A DNA stretch of 47,369 nucleotides from Candidatus Parcubacteria bacterium (lineage in GTDB: Bacteria > Patescibacteriota > Patescibacteriia > Patescibacteriales > UBA12075). The DNA is taken from assembly GCA_023137275.1 (NCBI GenBank), contig JAGLPO010000006.1, forward strand, positions 1-47,369, given 5' to 3'. Below the pieces are notes generated by a model. The model made no database searches. It was not told the origin of the DNA and saw only the letters and a list, made by a program, of their open reading frames with translations. Positions 23,336-32,409 of this stretch are shown one piece after another. A program made the position numbers and the translations under genes. Numbering within the stretch: position 1 is the stretch's first letter; the number at the start of each line of letters is the position of its first letter.

Positions 23336-24501
23336 TGATAAAAAGAGCAAACAAAAAAATTTGGATTTATTCAAGTTTTTTTATTTTGTCAATTTTAATC
23401 GGAATTATTGTTCTTGATTTAAGACCGGATCTTATGATGCGTGACGGGACTCGTTATAACCAAATCGCTCAAGGCCTGGTTAATAATCATGAGTATATCG
23501 CGGTATATGGCCATATCACCTACCCGGGCTATCCTTTTTTTCTGGCAATTATTTATAAAATATTTGGATATAATATATTTGCGGTATTTTTCATTCAATC
23601 TATATTGCTCGGTTTGATCGCCTCTCTTGTTTTCTACATTGCCAGGCGTTTTTTACATTTAAACTATTTATTTTCGTATCTGGCCGGATTAATAATAATA
23701 TTGTGGCCTTACTTGATCCTTTACTCGGTACTCATAATGACTGAAATCTTGTTTATTGTTCTACTGCTCTTATTTATTATCCGCTACTTAATTTTTAAAG
23801 AATCACCCAATGTTAAAAACGCGGTTATAATGGCAATAATCTTAACAATTGCCGTCCTAATAAGGCCCATTCCCCTGTTACTGCTGCCCTGGATAATAAT
23901 ACTTTCGTTATTAATTAAGTGGAAATATAAAGATTTTCATTTTAATAAAAATATATTTAAAAAATATATCATTGCTCTTCTGCTTTTTATATTTTTACTT
24001 TCCCCCTGGATCGCTTTTAGCTCGTACAAAATTGATCGGTTTGTGCCGGTTGGCTCAAATATTTACGCAATTCTTAATAAGGTAAACAAATCATATCTTT
24101 ATGAACGCCAAGTATTTGACACTAAAGGCTACGAGGAAGACGCGGAAATAGTTCTCCATAAAATTCTATTAGTCAAACTAAAAAATACTTATCGCTTTTG
24201 GAAGTCCGGCATAGAGGGCTACCACGCTGAAGCAGTAATAGAAAAATATTCAGCAACTAAATATTTAATATTCATATACCGCGTATTTTATTTCCTGATC
24301 ATCGGCCTGGGCTTTCTCTCGCTCTTTTTCCTAAAAAAAAATAAACACATACTTAATCTTTGGATAATATTATTATACTTTTGGGCTTTTCACACTGCCA
24401 TGCATACCCACCCCCGCTTCACCCTGCCGATTATTCCGATAATTATAATGTTTGCCGTCTTTTCTTTGTCTGAAATAAAAAATTTAATTTTAAAAAAATA
24501 A
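23335..24501 (+). CDS. GT-C fold membrane glycosyltransferase (ArnT/PMT, GT39/GT83-like)
   Basis: 388 aa, polytopic. YPGYPFFLAIIYKIFGYNIF...LLGLIASLVFYIARRF is typical of ArnT-like enzymes. Confidence 0.65.
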   Translation: MIKRANKKIWIYSSFFILSILIGIIVLDLRPDLMMRDGTRYNQIAQGLVNNHEYIAVYGHITYPGYPFFLAIIYKIFGYNIFAVFFIQSILLGLIASLVFYIARRFLHLNYLFSYLAGLIIILWPYLILYSVLIMTEILFIVLLLLFIIRYLIFKESPNVKNAVIMAIILTIAVLIRPIPLLLLPWIIILSLLIKWKYKDFHFNKNIFKKYIIALLLFIFLLSPWIAFSSYKIDRFVPVGSNIYAILNKVNKSYLYERQVFDTKGYEEDAEIVLHKILLVKLKNTYRFWKSGIEGYHAEAVIEKYSATKYLIFIYRVFYFLIIGLGFLSLFFLKKNKHILNLWIILLYFWAFHTAMHTHPRFTLPIIPIIIMFAVFSLSEIKNLILKK

Positions 24502-24514
24502 TTTATTGTATAAT

Positions 24515-24550
24515 AAAAACAGTCCTTAGTTAATTTCAGGACTGTTTTTA
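24515..24550. terminator. Bidirectional intrinsic terminator between convergent genes
   Basis: aaaaacagtcct-tagttaatttc-aggactgttttta: an 8-bp stem with an A-run and a T-run on either side. Confidence 0.7.
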
Positions 24551-24569
24551 TATTGTCTAATTAATTATT

Positions 24570-24861
24570 TCATAAATCGCAATACTGAGTCCGGTCATTT
24601 TCATTCCTGGCAGCCTCAATACCGGCAGCAATAGTCGCGGTCTGCCCAAAATTTCTCGTAAAATTAATAATCTTTATATTCTTATTCTCGCTCGCTACCT
24701 TTTTTAATTCTTTTTTACTATCATCAATTGAGCCATCATTAACCGCGATTATTTCATATTCCACGCCCAAACCGCCAAGCACATTATTAATTTTTTTTTA
24801 ACAATGTCCTGATATTTTTTTCTTCGTTGTATATTGGAATAATGATAGATATTCTTATCAT
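24570..24861 (-). pseudogene. Decayed GT2 glycosyltransferase: frameshift in an A9 run plus loss of the C-terminal two-thirds
   Basis: The ATG at 24861 overlaps the upstream stop (ATGA) and gives MIRISIIIPIYNEEKNIRTLLKKN-stop. Removing one A from the A9 run (T9 at 24791-24799) joins it to ...INNVLGGLGVEYEIIAVNDGSIDDS...NFGQTATIAAGIEAAR. The ORF then ends without the DxD/catalytic part. Confidence 0.7.
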
Positions 24862-26249
24862 ATATTAAAAACTTTATAATCTTTGGTAGATATTTTATCC
24901 CACATAAATGAAACTCCTATTAACGCAAACACGAAATAAAAAGGATAAACAGGTTGAACATATCTAGGTATGGCATGTAATAAGCTATATACTATATTAA
25001 AATATATTATAAATATCAAAAACCAGCTAATCTTATCCCATTTTTTAATACTTTTTAATATTCCATACACGACAAAAAATAAAAAGGTATACCATATTAA
25101 TCTAATGAATAATAATATTAATATCTTCACATATTCCGGAATTTGCGGCCACCTACCTTCAGCAAACATAAAATGAATATAGTTATTTCCGCCAAAAAAT
25201 CTTTGTGGAATCATTGGATTATTTAAATTGATAAAATCTAAAATGCTCATTAATAAATACTTATGAGGATTTGCAATAATTTTATCGGCTGCCTCCTTTG
25301 TTAACATACTATCCATTTCATAGTATAATATACCTTTATTTTTTAACTCATCAATTTTATTTCTTATCGGTTGAAAATTTCTAAATGCCCTGATGTCAAA
25401 ATCATTATCAAATTTTTCAATAAAATAATACCCAAATATATGTCCAATTAAATATTTTGGATAATTATTATATACTTTTTCCATAAAATAGGTTCGAAAA
25501 GCAAGGATTCTTCCAGTTCTTGGGGCAATAGCCGGATTTAAGTTTATTTTATCATTTTTATAACTAGTATAAATTAACCAAGGACTTAAAATTAATATAA
25601 ATCCAAATATAGTAATAATTAAAATTTTGGTTAATTTTATGAATGTAATCTTTTTGTAAAAAATAAATATAAAATTTAAAATAATAAAAAAAATTACATA
25701 TTGGAGAGAGGCATTTACTAGTGTACCCAATCCCAAGAACAATCCAATAAAAAAATAATCATAATATTTTTTATTTTTTTTAAATAAAAAAAAGGCAGTT
25801 ATTATAATCAAAAATGTAAACAACATCTCTCTATGTAAACTACCGGCATAGTTTGCAAAACCGTAGTATATTGAGAATAAAAAAGCAGATAAAAAGCTAA
25901 ATAACTTAGTAAAATTAATCAATAAAATTTTATAGAGCAGTATAGAGCTAAGCGCATATAAAAAAACTTGTACAATTTTTACAAAAATTACACTATTATT
26001 TGAAATTTTAAAAAGAACAGCAATAAATAAAGGATACAATGGTTCGGTATAAGTATCTTCACCATCTATTGTAAGCGTGCCATTTTCCAAATAATCAATT
26101 GCCATGGGTACATACCTTGCCGAATCTCCTTGTATGCTTATATCAAAAAATCTAATATTGGTCCAAAAAAAAGTTGATATAAAAGTTACTACAGCTAATA
26201 CTAAAAATATTTTGTAGTTTTCCATTTCTTTTATTCTTTCTTTAAACAT
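24858..26249 (-). CDS. GT-C fold membrane glycosyltransferase (ArnT/PMT-like), second copy
   Basis: 463 aa, polytopic. EPLYPLFIAVLFKIS...VQVFLYALSSILLYKIL resembles the 388-aa protein and ArnT-like enzymes. Confidence 0.6.
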   Translation of the reverse strand: MFKERIKEMENYKIFLVLAVVTFISTFFWTNIRFFDISIQGDSARYVPMAIDYLENGTLTIDGEDTYTEPLYPLFIAVLFKISNNSVIFVKIVQVFLYALSSILLYKILLINFTKLFSFLSAFLFSIYYGFANYAGSLHREMLFTFLIIITAFFLFKKNKKYYDYFFIGLFLGLGTLVNASLQYVIFFIILNFIFIFYKKITFIKLTKILIITIFGFILILSPWLIYTSYKNDKINLNPAIAPRTGRILAFRTYFMEKVYNNYPKYLIGHIFGYYFIEKFDNDFDIRAFRNFQPIRNKIDELKNKGILYYEMDSMLTKEAADKIIANPHKYLLMSILDFINLNNPMIPQRFFGGNNYIHFMFAEGRWPQIPEYVKILILLFIRLIWYTFLFFVVYGILKSIKKWDKISWFLIFIIYFNIVYSLLHAIPRYVQPVYPFYFVFALIGVSFMWDKISTKDYKVFNI

Positions 26250-26342
26250 ATTGTTAATTTTATATTATGCCGGAATTATTATTGTACAAAAAAATTAAAT
26301 TATTTACTTTTTAGCTTATTCATTGAAATAAAAAAACTTTAA

Positions 26343-27056
26343 TTAGTTATATGCTAATAATCTTCTATATTTTTTACCTTCAAATATAACTTTGATATTA
26401 TTAAACCTTGCCTCAAGTTCTTTTTCACCTCCTACGTTTTTTCTTACATCAATAATTAATACTCCATTTTCATTCAACTTTTTACAACACTCATCCAGAT
26501 AAGTGGAAACCGGATAATGAAACCCCCAAGATATCAAAGAAATAATTATGTCAAAATTATTTTTAAAAATTATCTTATTATCATCAGTAGCCTCTTGAGT
26601 GTATATTTTTTCTCTGTCAACGCCGTTCTCAATTAATAAATTTTTTGCTACAGACAACGAATTATAAAAAGATCCTTTTTCCTCAAAATGGTAATAAACC
26701 TTTTTATCAATTGATGTTCTGTCAATTAAAAAAATATCAATATTATTTTTATAATAATCACTTATTAATAAATCGATTCCAGCGACACCACACCCTATAT
26801 CTAGGATTGATTTTGCCTTTTCGGGTAGATATTGTTTTATGGCATTATATTCTTTTAAGATATCATTATAATACTCTTTCTTAATTTGTTTTTTGAACAA
26901 AAGCGATTTTATATCGACTTCAAATTTATAAAAAAATGGATAACGTGCAGATATTCTGTTTAATATTTTGGATATCCAATTAGTTGATAAATATTGTGTT
27001 CTCTGAAATAAAATATATTTAATTATACTCCCCGGGATATAAATTTTTTTATACAT
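26343..27056 (-). CDS. Class I SAM-dependent methyltransferase
   Basis: ILDIGCGVAG motif I; 237 aa. Confidence 0.65.
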   Translation of the reverse strand: MYKKIYIPGSIIKYILFQRTQYLSTNWISKILNRISARYPFFYKFEVDIKSLLFKKQIKKEYYNDILKEYNAIKQYLPEKAKSILDIGCGVAGIDLLISDYYKNNIDIFLIDRTSIDKKVYYHFEEKGSFYNSLSVAKNLLIENGVDREKIYTQEATDDNKIIFKNNFDIIISLISWGFHYPVSTYLDECCKKLNENGVLIIDVRKNVGGEKELEARFNNIKVIFEGKKYRRLLAYN

Positions 27057-27101
27057 ATAGGTTTAACTAAAAATTATTATTAAAAAACCACATAATATTA
27101 T

Positions 27102-27917
27102 TTATCTCGTTAATGTCTTTTTAACTTCATAGGTTGTGCCATAACCAAAATTATTTACAATTTTAAAATTTTTAAATCTATCAATAATTTTTATCAATGG
27201 TAATAAAAATTCAAAATATGGTAAACACAGTGCGGATGCTTTTTGTTTATTAATTTTATAGCCGAGTTTCTTAACTTTTTTTGGAAGAATCCATGGGAAA
27301 CGAAATATATGATTCAAATCCTTTTGCCCGGCATAACCCTCATTAACTCCTTCATTTAAACTAACCAAGGCAAATATTGTTTTCAAAAAACCATAAGGAA
27401 GGGCAAGTAAAGATCTTTTTCCTTTTAACCAAAAACATCCGGTCCCTACTTGCACAAATGAACATAAATTTAATATTGTTGGGATAGCAATAACAGCTTT
27501 ATTTTTCGTCACTCGCATAATTTCTTTTAAACCTTTGTCAAAATCCGGTAAGTGTTCAAGCACATGAGAGCTGACAACTAAATCAAATTCCCCGTCTTTA
27601 AATGGCAAATTTTCTAAATCACTGACAATAAATTTTACATTACTACTAAACTTAAAAATATTATTTAGTGATTTGCATTTTTCTATATTTAACTTTGATA
27701 TATCACACCCAATTACAACCGCGCCTTTTTCCGCAATCATAAATGATAATACTCCCTCACCGCAACCGGCATCCAGTACTTTCATCCCTGGTTTAATATA
27801 TTCAACAAAATCATTATATTGCATTTCATGTGCGTAACGCCTTAGCTTATATTCTGATTTCAATCTTTTATCAATTATTCTATCATGATAATTTGTATAA
27901 AATTCTTTAATTTCCAT
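27102..27917 (-). CDS. Class I SAM-dependent methyltransferase
   Basis: VLDAGCGEG motif I and FDLVVSSHVLEHL; 271 aa. Confidence 0.8.
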   Translation of the reverse strand: MEIKEFYTNYHDRIIDKRLKSEYKLRRYAHEMQYNDFVEYIKPGMKVLDAGCGEGVLSFMIAEKGAVVIGCDISKLNIEKCKSLNNIFKFSSNVKFIVSDLENLPFKDGEFDLVVSSHVLEHLPDFDKGLKEIMRVTKNKAVIAIPTILNLCSFVQVGTGCFWLKGKRSLLALPYGFLKTIFALVSLNEGVNEGYAGQKDLNHIFRFPWILPKKVKKLGYKINKQKASALCLPYFEFLLPLIKIIDRFKNFKIVNNFGYGTTYEVKKTLTR

Positions 27918-27921
27918 ATTA

Positions 27922-29082
27922 TCACTTATTCTTAATTAACGTTTCATATACCTTACTTGTTTCTTCTACTATTGCCTTCCAGCTTAAATTTTCTCTTGCA
28001 TAATTTAGAGCGTTTTCTGGCTGATTTGATTCTTCATCAATTAAATACGCAACAATTATTTTAGCAAATTTCTTATAAACATCTTCGCTTAATTTTTTTG
28101 GCGCATCATAATTTGAATCTTCCCATTCAACTAATTTAACAAACCTACCTCGTTCCTCATTTTTTCCTAATAACTCTACCAAACCCCCAACTTTGCTGGC
28201 TACGATTTTTTTACCCATTGCCATTGCTTCGGCGCAAGCCAGACTTGATGATTCGGCTGTGGAAGGAAAAATTACCATATCTGTTAATTTTAAATATTGC
28301 GGAACAAATTCGTTGTCAACCATTCCCAACATTTCAACATGATTAGAAATATCCAAACTTTTAATTCTTTTTTCAATAAACGGTCTCATTCTACCGTCAC
28401 CAAGAATTAATAGCTTAATATTAGGTATTTCTTTAATAATGTACGGCATGGTTTCGACAAGAAAATGAACCCCATTCTTGGGAACCAGCCTTCTAACAGT
28501 CATAATAGTCTTTCTGTCTTTATATTTTTCTAAATATTCTCTGGGAACTGTTACATCTTCTTTAAACCTTTTATGGTCATAGCCATTACTAATAATTACT
28601 ACTTTTTTGGGGGAAATATATTTATAGGTAAAACCAGCCAAGTCATGTGAAGTTGAAATTACTTTTGAGGCTAGTTTAAGAGATAAATACCGATAAATAT
28701 TATGTGCTAGCTTATAAATATTATTTGAATAACCTCTATGATCAAGAATGCCCATGCCGTGTAAAACGACTACTACCGGCCTCCTTCTAATCTTGCCGAC
28801 AATAGCAGCTAACATCGCTAACCGATAGCTATAGTGACAATGAATCACGTCGCAAGTTTTTACATTGCGAAAAAGTAAACCGAAAATCTTCAAAATATTT
28901 TTTCTGTTCCACTGCACTCTAATTACATCCTGGTCATATATTTTATTGTCCGGGTCCAATTCGTTAGTAATCAATTTTACCTCATAATTTTCATTTCTCA
29001 AATTTTTTATAATATTCTCAACATGTATTTCCGCCCCGCCAATACTCGGCAAATAGGTTTCACTTGTCATTAATACTCTCAT
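27922..29082 (-). CDS. Glycosyltransferase family 4
   Basis: GGAEIHV N-terminal motif and the C-terminal FPSTAESSSLACAEAMAMGKKIVASKVGG (EX7E-type region). Confidence 0.85.
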   Translation of the reverse strand: MRVLMTSETYLPSIGGAEIHVENIIKNLRNENYEVKLITNELDPDNKIYDQDVIRVQWNRKNILKIFGLLFRNVKTCDVIHCHYSYRLAMLAAIVGKIRRRPVVVVLHGMGILDHRGYSNNIYKLAHNIYRYLSLKLASKVISTSHDLAGFTYKYISPKKVVIISNGYDHKRFKEDVTVPREYLEKYKDRKTIMTVRRLVPKNGVHFLVETMPYIIKEIPNIKLLILGDGRMRPFIEKRIKSLDISNHVEMLGMVDNEFVPQYLKLTDMVIFPSTAESSSLACAEAMAMGKKIVASKVGGLVELLGKNEERGRFVKLVEWEDSNYDAPKKLSEDVYKKFAKIIVAYLIDEESNQPENALNYARENLSWKAIVEETSKVYETLIKNK

Positions 29083-30158
29083 AGTTTATTTATGATACTT
29101 AATATTTTTTCAGCGCTCTTTCCGTTACCAAAAGGATTTTCCCAACTTTTTTTATTACTCATCATCTTTTGTGAATATAAACGTATTTTTTCCGGATCAA
29201 CCCCAGCTAATACATTGGCGCCGCACCTAATTGTTTCCGGCCTCTCGGTGTTATCTCTAATCGTTACACATGGCACTCCCATAGTACACGCCTCCTCTTG
29301 TACGCCCCCGGAATCAGTAATTATTAATTTCGAATTTTCAATAAGATTTAAAAAATCCAAATATCCCACCGGATCAATAAATCTTACCTTTTTAGGCCTT
29401 TCTATTTCAAATTTTTTTAAATTAATCAATGACCTGGGGTGTATAGGATATATTAAATCATGGTTATCTAATTTTGAGACAGCATCAAATCCTTCCAGAA
29501 TCTTTGAAAATCTATTTATATTATCTACATTCTCTGGTCGATGAGCAGTAATTAGTATATAATCATTTTTTTCTAAATTAAATTCTTTTAAAATATTTGA
29601 AGTTTTTTGGGCTAATTTAATATTTTGGTAAACGGCATCCACTATTGTATTACCAGTCAAATATATTTTTTCTTTATCAACATTCTCATCAACTAAATTA
29701 TCATAAGCATCTTGGGTGGGGACAAAAAATATATCAGAGATATGATCAGTTAATATCCGATTTCTTTCCTCGGGCATAGTTAAATCATGGCTCCTTAGTC
29801 CGGCCTCAAGATGAATGAGGCAGATGCCAAATTTATTTGCCGCCAAAGCGCCGGCTAATACGCTATTAGTATCTCCCTCAACTATTACATGGGTCACCCT
29901 TTCTTTTGCATAAATCTCTTGAATATTCTTTACCATTTTACCAATTTGCTTCCTATACTCAAGATTTCCGGCTTCAATATTATATTTCGGCCTTGTCAAT
30001 TCCAACTCTTCAAAAAATTTTTTATCCATCTCATAATTGTAATGCTGCCCGGTATGCAGAACGAAGTAGTTTATATCATTTTTTTCAAATACTCTAATTA
30101 AAGGCGCCATTTTTATAATTTCAGGCCTGGTTCCGACAACTAAACAAATTTTTTTCAT
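29079..30158 (-). CDS. wecB: UDP-N-acetylglucosamine 2-epimerase (non-hydrolysing)
   Basis: MKKICLVVGTRPEIIKMAPL..., HLEAGLRS, TDSGGVQEEA; 359 aa. Confidence 0.9.
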   Translation of the reverse strand: MKKICLVVGTRPEIIKMAPLIRVFEKNDINYFVLHTGQHYNYEMDKKFFEELELTRPKYNIEAGNLEYRKQIGKMVKNIQEIYAKERVTHVIVEGDTNSVLAGALAANKFGICLIHLEAGLRSHDLTMPEERNRILTDHISDIFFVPTQDAYDNLVDENVDKEKIYLTGNTIVDAVYQNIKLAQKTSNILKEFNLEKNDYILITAHRPENVDNINRFSKILEGFDAVSKLDNHDLIYPIHPRSLINLKKFEIERPKKVRFIDPVGYLDFLNLIENSKLIITDSGGVQEEACTMGVPCVTIRDNTERPETIRCGANVLAGVDPEKIRLYSQKMMSNKKSWENPFGNGKSAEKILSIINKL

Positions 30159-30163
30159 AACTA

Positions 30164-31318
30164 TTATACTTTTAATTCATTTATAATTTTTTTCGCTCTC
30201 TCTTCCCAGCTAAAATGCAAAGCTTTACTATACGCATTAATTATCAAATTCTCAATATTTATTTTATTGCTTATTACCTTTTCAATTTTATCTTCTAGGT
30301 CTTCTACGTCATCCGGTCTTACTAATACACAATTCTTATTATTCATAATCTCAAGAAGACTGGGCAAGGAAGAGGCGATAATCGGGCGCTTACTTGCCAT
30401 ATATTCAAACATTTTTAATGGCGACATATAATACCTATAATGTTTTATATCAGGAAACGGCATTAATAGTATATCACAACTCTTTTGAAAAACCGAAAGC
30501 TTATCAAGTGAAACACGATTAACAAATTTGCAATATTCAGAAACATTTAAACCATGTGCCATTTTAACATAATAATTTATATCACTATCAGAACCGCCTA
30601 CGGACACAAATAAAACATCTTTTCTTTTAATAACCAACTTTTTAAGTGACTCTAAAATAATTTTAACCCCCTTATCTTGGCCCATTGTTTTTAAACTGCC
30701 GGTATACCCTAATATATATTTATAACGAGGTAAATTAAATTCCTTTTTTGCCTCTTCTTTAGTAACATTAATATCAAATTTTTTTATGTCTACTCCATCA
30801 TGGGCAACTATTATTTCATTATCTTTAAAACCTTTATTTATAAACAACTTTTTTAAATGATTGTTAACTACTACTATCTTATCCGCCCTTTTAAGTATTT
30901 TTATATACAGCCATTCCTTTGAAGCAGGCCAGCTATGAGCCTCAAAAATAGTTTTATAGCCCCTAACAGAGTAAAACATAGCAACCAAAATATCACGAGT
31001 GTAAACAACAGTGTTGCGTTCAATTTTTTTAAAAATTAAACTTAATAAAAAAAACAACATCTGAAAATAAAAAGACCGAATAAATAATATTTTGTTGAAC
31101 CTAACAAAATCAAAACATCTAATATATTTAATTTTAAAGTTCGTTTTTAGAGCATAGTAATCAAATACATTTTTTTTAATACTGTTTCTTCTCGTTGGCA
31201 CCCATAATTCAACCTCTAGCCCCGCGCTTGAAAATTCCTCGCACATCTTGCATATCTGGTAGCCATGGGCTTTTTCAGTCGGTATACGAGCGTTAGTTAT
31301 ATAAATTAATTTCTGCAT
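30164..31318 (-). CDS. Glycosyltransferase family 4
   Basis: Two-Rossmann GT-B layout; C-terminal LMPFPD...SPLKMFEYMASKRPIIAS. Confidence 0.75.
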   Translation of the reverse strand: MQKLIYITNARIPTEKAHGYQICKMCEEFSSAGLEVELWVPTRRNSIKKNVFDYYALKTNFKIKYIRCFDFVRFNKILFIRSFYFQMLFFLLSLIFKKIERNTVVYTRDILVAMFYSVRGYKTIFEAHSWPASKEWLYIKILKRADKIVVVNNHLKKLFINKGFKDNEIIVAHDGVDIKKFDINVTKEEAKKEFNLPRYKYILGYTGSLKTMGQDKGVKIILESLKKLVIKRKDVLFVSVGGSDSDINYYVKMAHGLNVSEYCKFVNRVSLDKLSVFQKSCDILLMPFPDIKHYRYYMSPLKMFEYMASKRPIIASSLPSLLEIMNNKNCVLVRPDDVEDLEDKIEKVISNKINIENLIINAYSKALHFSWEERAKKIINELKV

Positions 31319-31319
31319 A

Positions 31320-32180
31320 TTATTCTACTTTCCAATGAGATAAATCTTTATTTAATAACTTTTCCAGCCTGTTAATATCATTCTGGAAAAAAATAAATAA
31401 TTTTTTTCTGTCCTCTATATTTATTTCCCCCTCTTTTTTTCTTGCCAAAATATTATTTAAATTTTTATAATTAACCCCCAATTTTTTTAATGGCTTAATT
31501 AATAAATAACTTGCCCATTCACGGTTATATAATTTAAAATATATTTTATTAATAAACTTAAATATTTTAGACTTTTGGATCGCGGCAGTATTAAGTTTTG
31601 TAATAACAATACTTGGTTGAAAAATATTATCTACATTTAAAAATTGATAAAGTTGTTTAACGGTTTTGTGAGGTTTAACCAAAATATCTTCATAAAATAC
31701 TATCTTAATATTTTTCCTTGGAAAAAGATCAAAATAATTCTTTAAATATTTTGCGTACAAACCAAATTCAATTAATTCCGGATTACGCCTGGTAGCATCT
31801 AAAATTGACAGATAATTTAACTTCTTATTTTTACCCTGAATATGCCTATATCTGGAAATAAACCTATCAACCGGATTGCGAAGCGAAACAATAATTTTTA
31901 CATTAGGAAAATGATTGTAAATCCTGGCTGGCGCGTTTTTATCAGTTAAATAACTTGTGCTAAACTCACCAATTATCTTATTTGATTCACATTGCGAAAA
32001 TAAACTTTGATAATAACGAATTTTTTTATTATAATTTCTATCTTTGCTAAAAAAATGGCTTTCCTTTCCGGAATATCCATCAATTTCAGGATGTTCAAGC
32101 AAACACTTGTATATCCAGGTAGTGGCTGCCTTCTGAGCTCCTATACCAATAAAATCAACATTAAAACTTTTCATAACCAA
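31320..32180 (-). CDS. PAPS-dependent sulfotransferase
   Basis: 5'-phosphosulfate-binding loop FIGIGAQKAATTW and 3'-phosphate-binding motif SLRNPVDRFISRYRH; 286 aa. Confidence 0.8.
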   Translation of the reverse strand: MVMKSFNVDFIGIGAQKAATTWIYKCLLEHPEIDGYSGKESHFFSKDRNYNKKIRYYQSLFSQCESNKIIGEFSTSYLTDKNAPARIYNHFPNVKIIVSLRNPVDRFISRYRHIQGKNKKLNYLSILDATRRNPELIEFGLYAKYLKNYFDLFPRKNIKIVFYEDILVKPHKTVKQLYQFLNVDNIFQPSIVITKLNTAAIQKSKIFKFINKIYFKLYNREWASYLLIKPLKKLGVNYKNLNNILARKKEGEINIEDRKKLFIFFQNDINRLEKLLNKDLSHWKVE

Positions 32181-32212
32181 TAGCTGGAATTAATTTGTTA
32201 TTTGAATTATAA

Positions 32213-32374
32213 TAGACTTGAGTGCACAATTAGTATTGTAGCGAAATTTTCAGATTTTGAGGAAATTTTTCAGAAAAAATTTTTGCTTATGTGCTAATAT
32301 AGGCCAAAATTTTTTATGCAAAATTTACCAAAATATGGAAATTGCAGCAAATACTAATTGTGCACTCAAGTCTA
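32213..32374. repeat. Perfect 25-bp inverted repeats flanking a 112-bp segment between divergent operons
   Basis: tagacttgagtgcacaattagtatt (32213-32237) is the exact reverse complement of aatactaattgtgcactcaagtcta (32350-32374). Confidence 0.9.
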
Positions 32375-32409
32375 ATAACATATATTTTGCTTATTATATA
32401 GATACAAAT

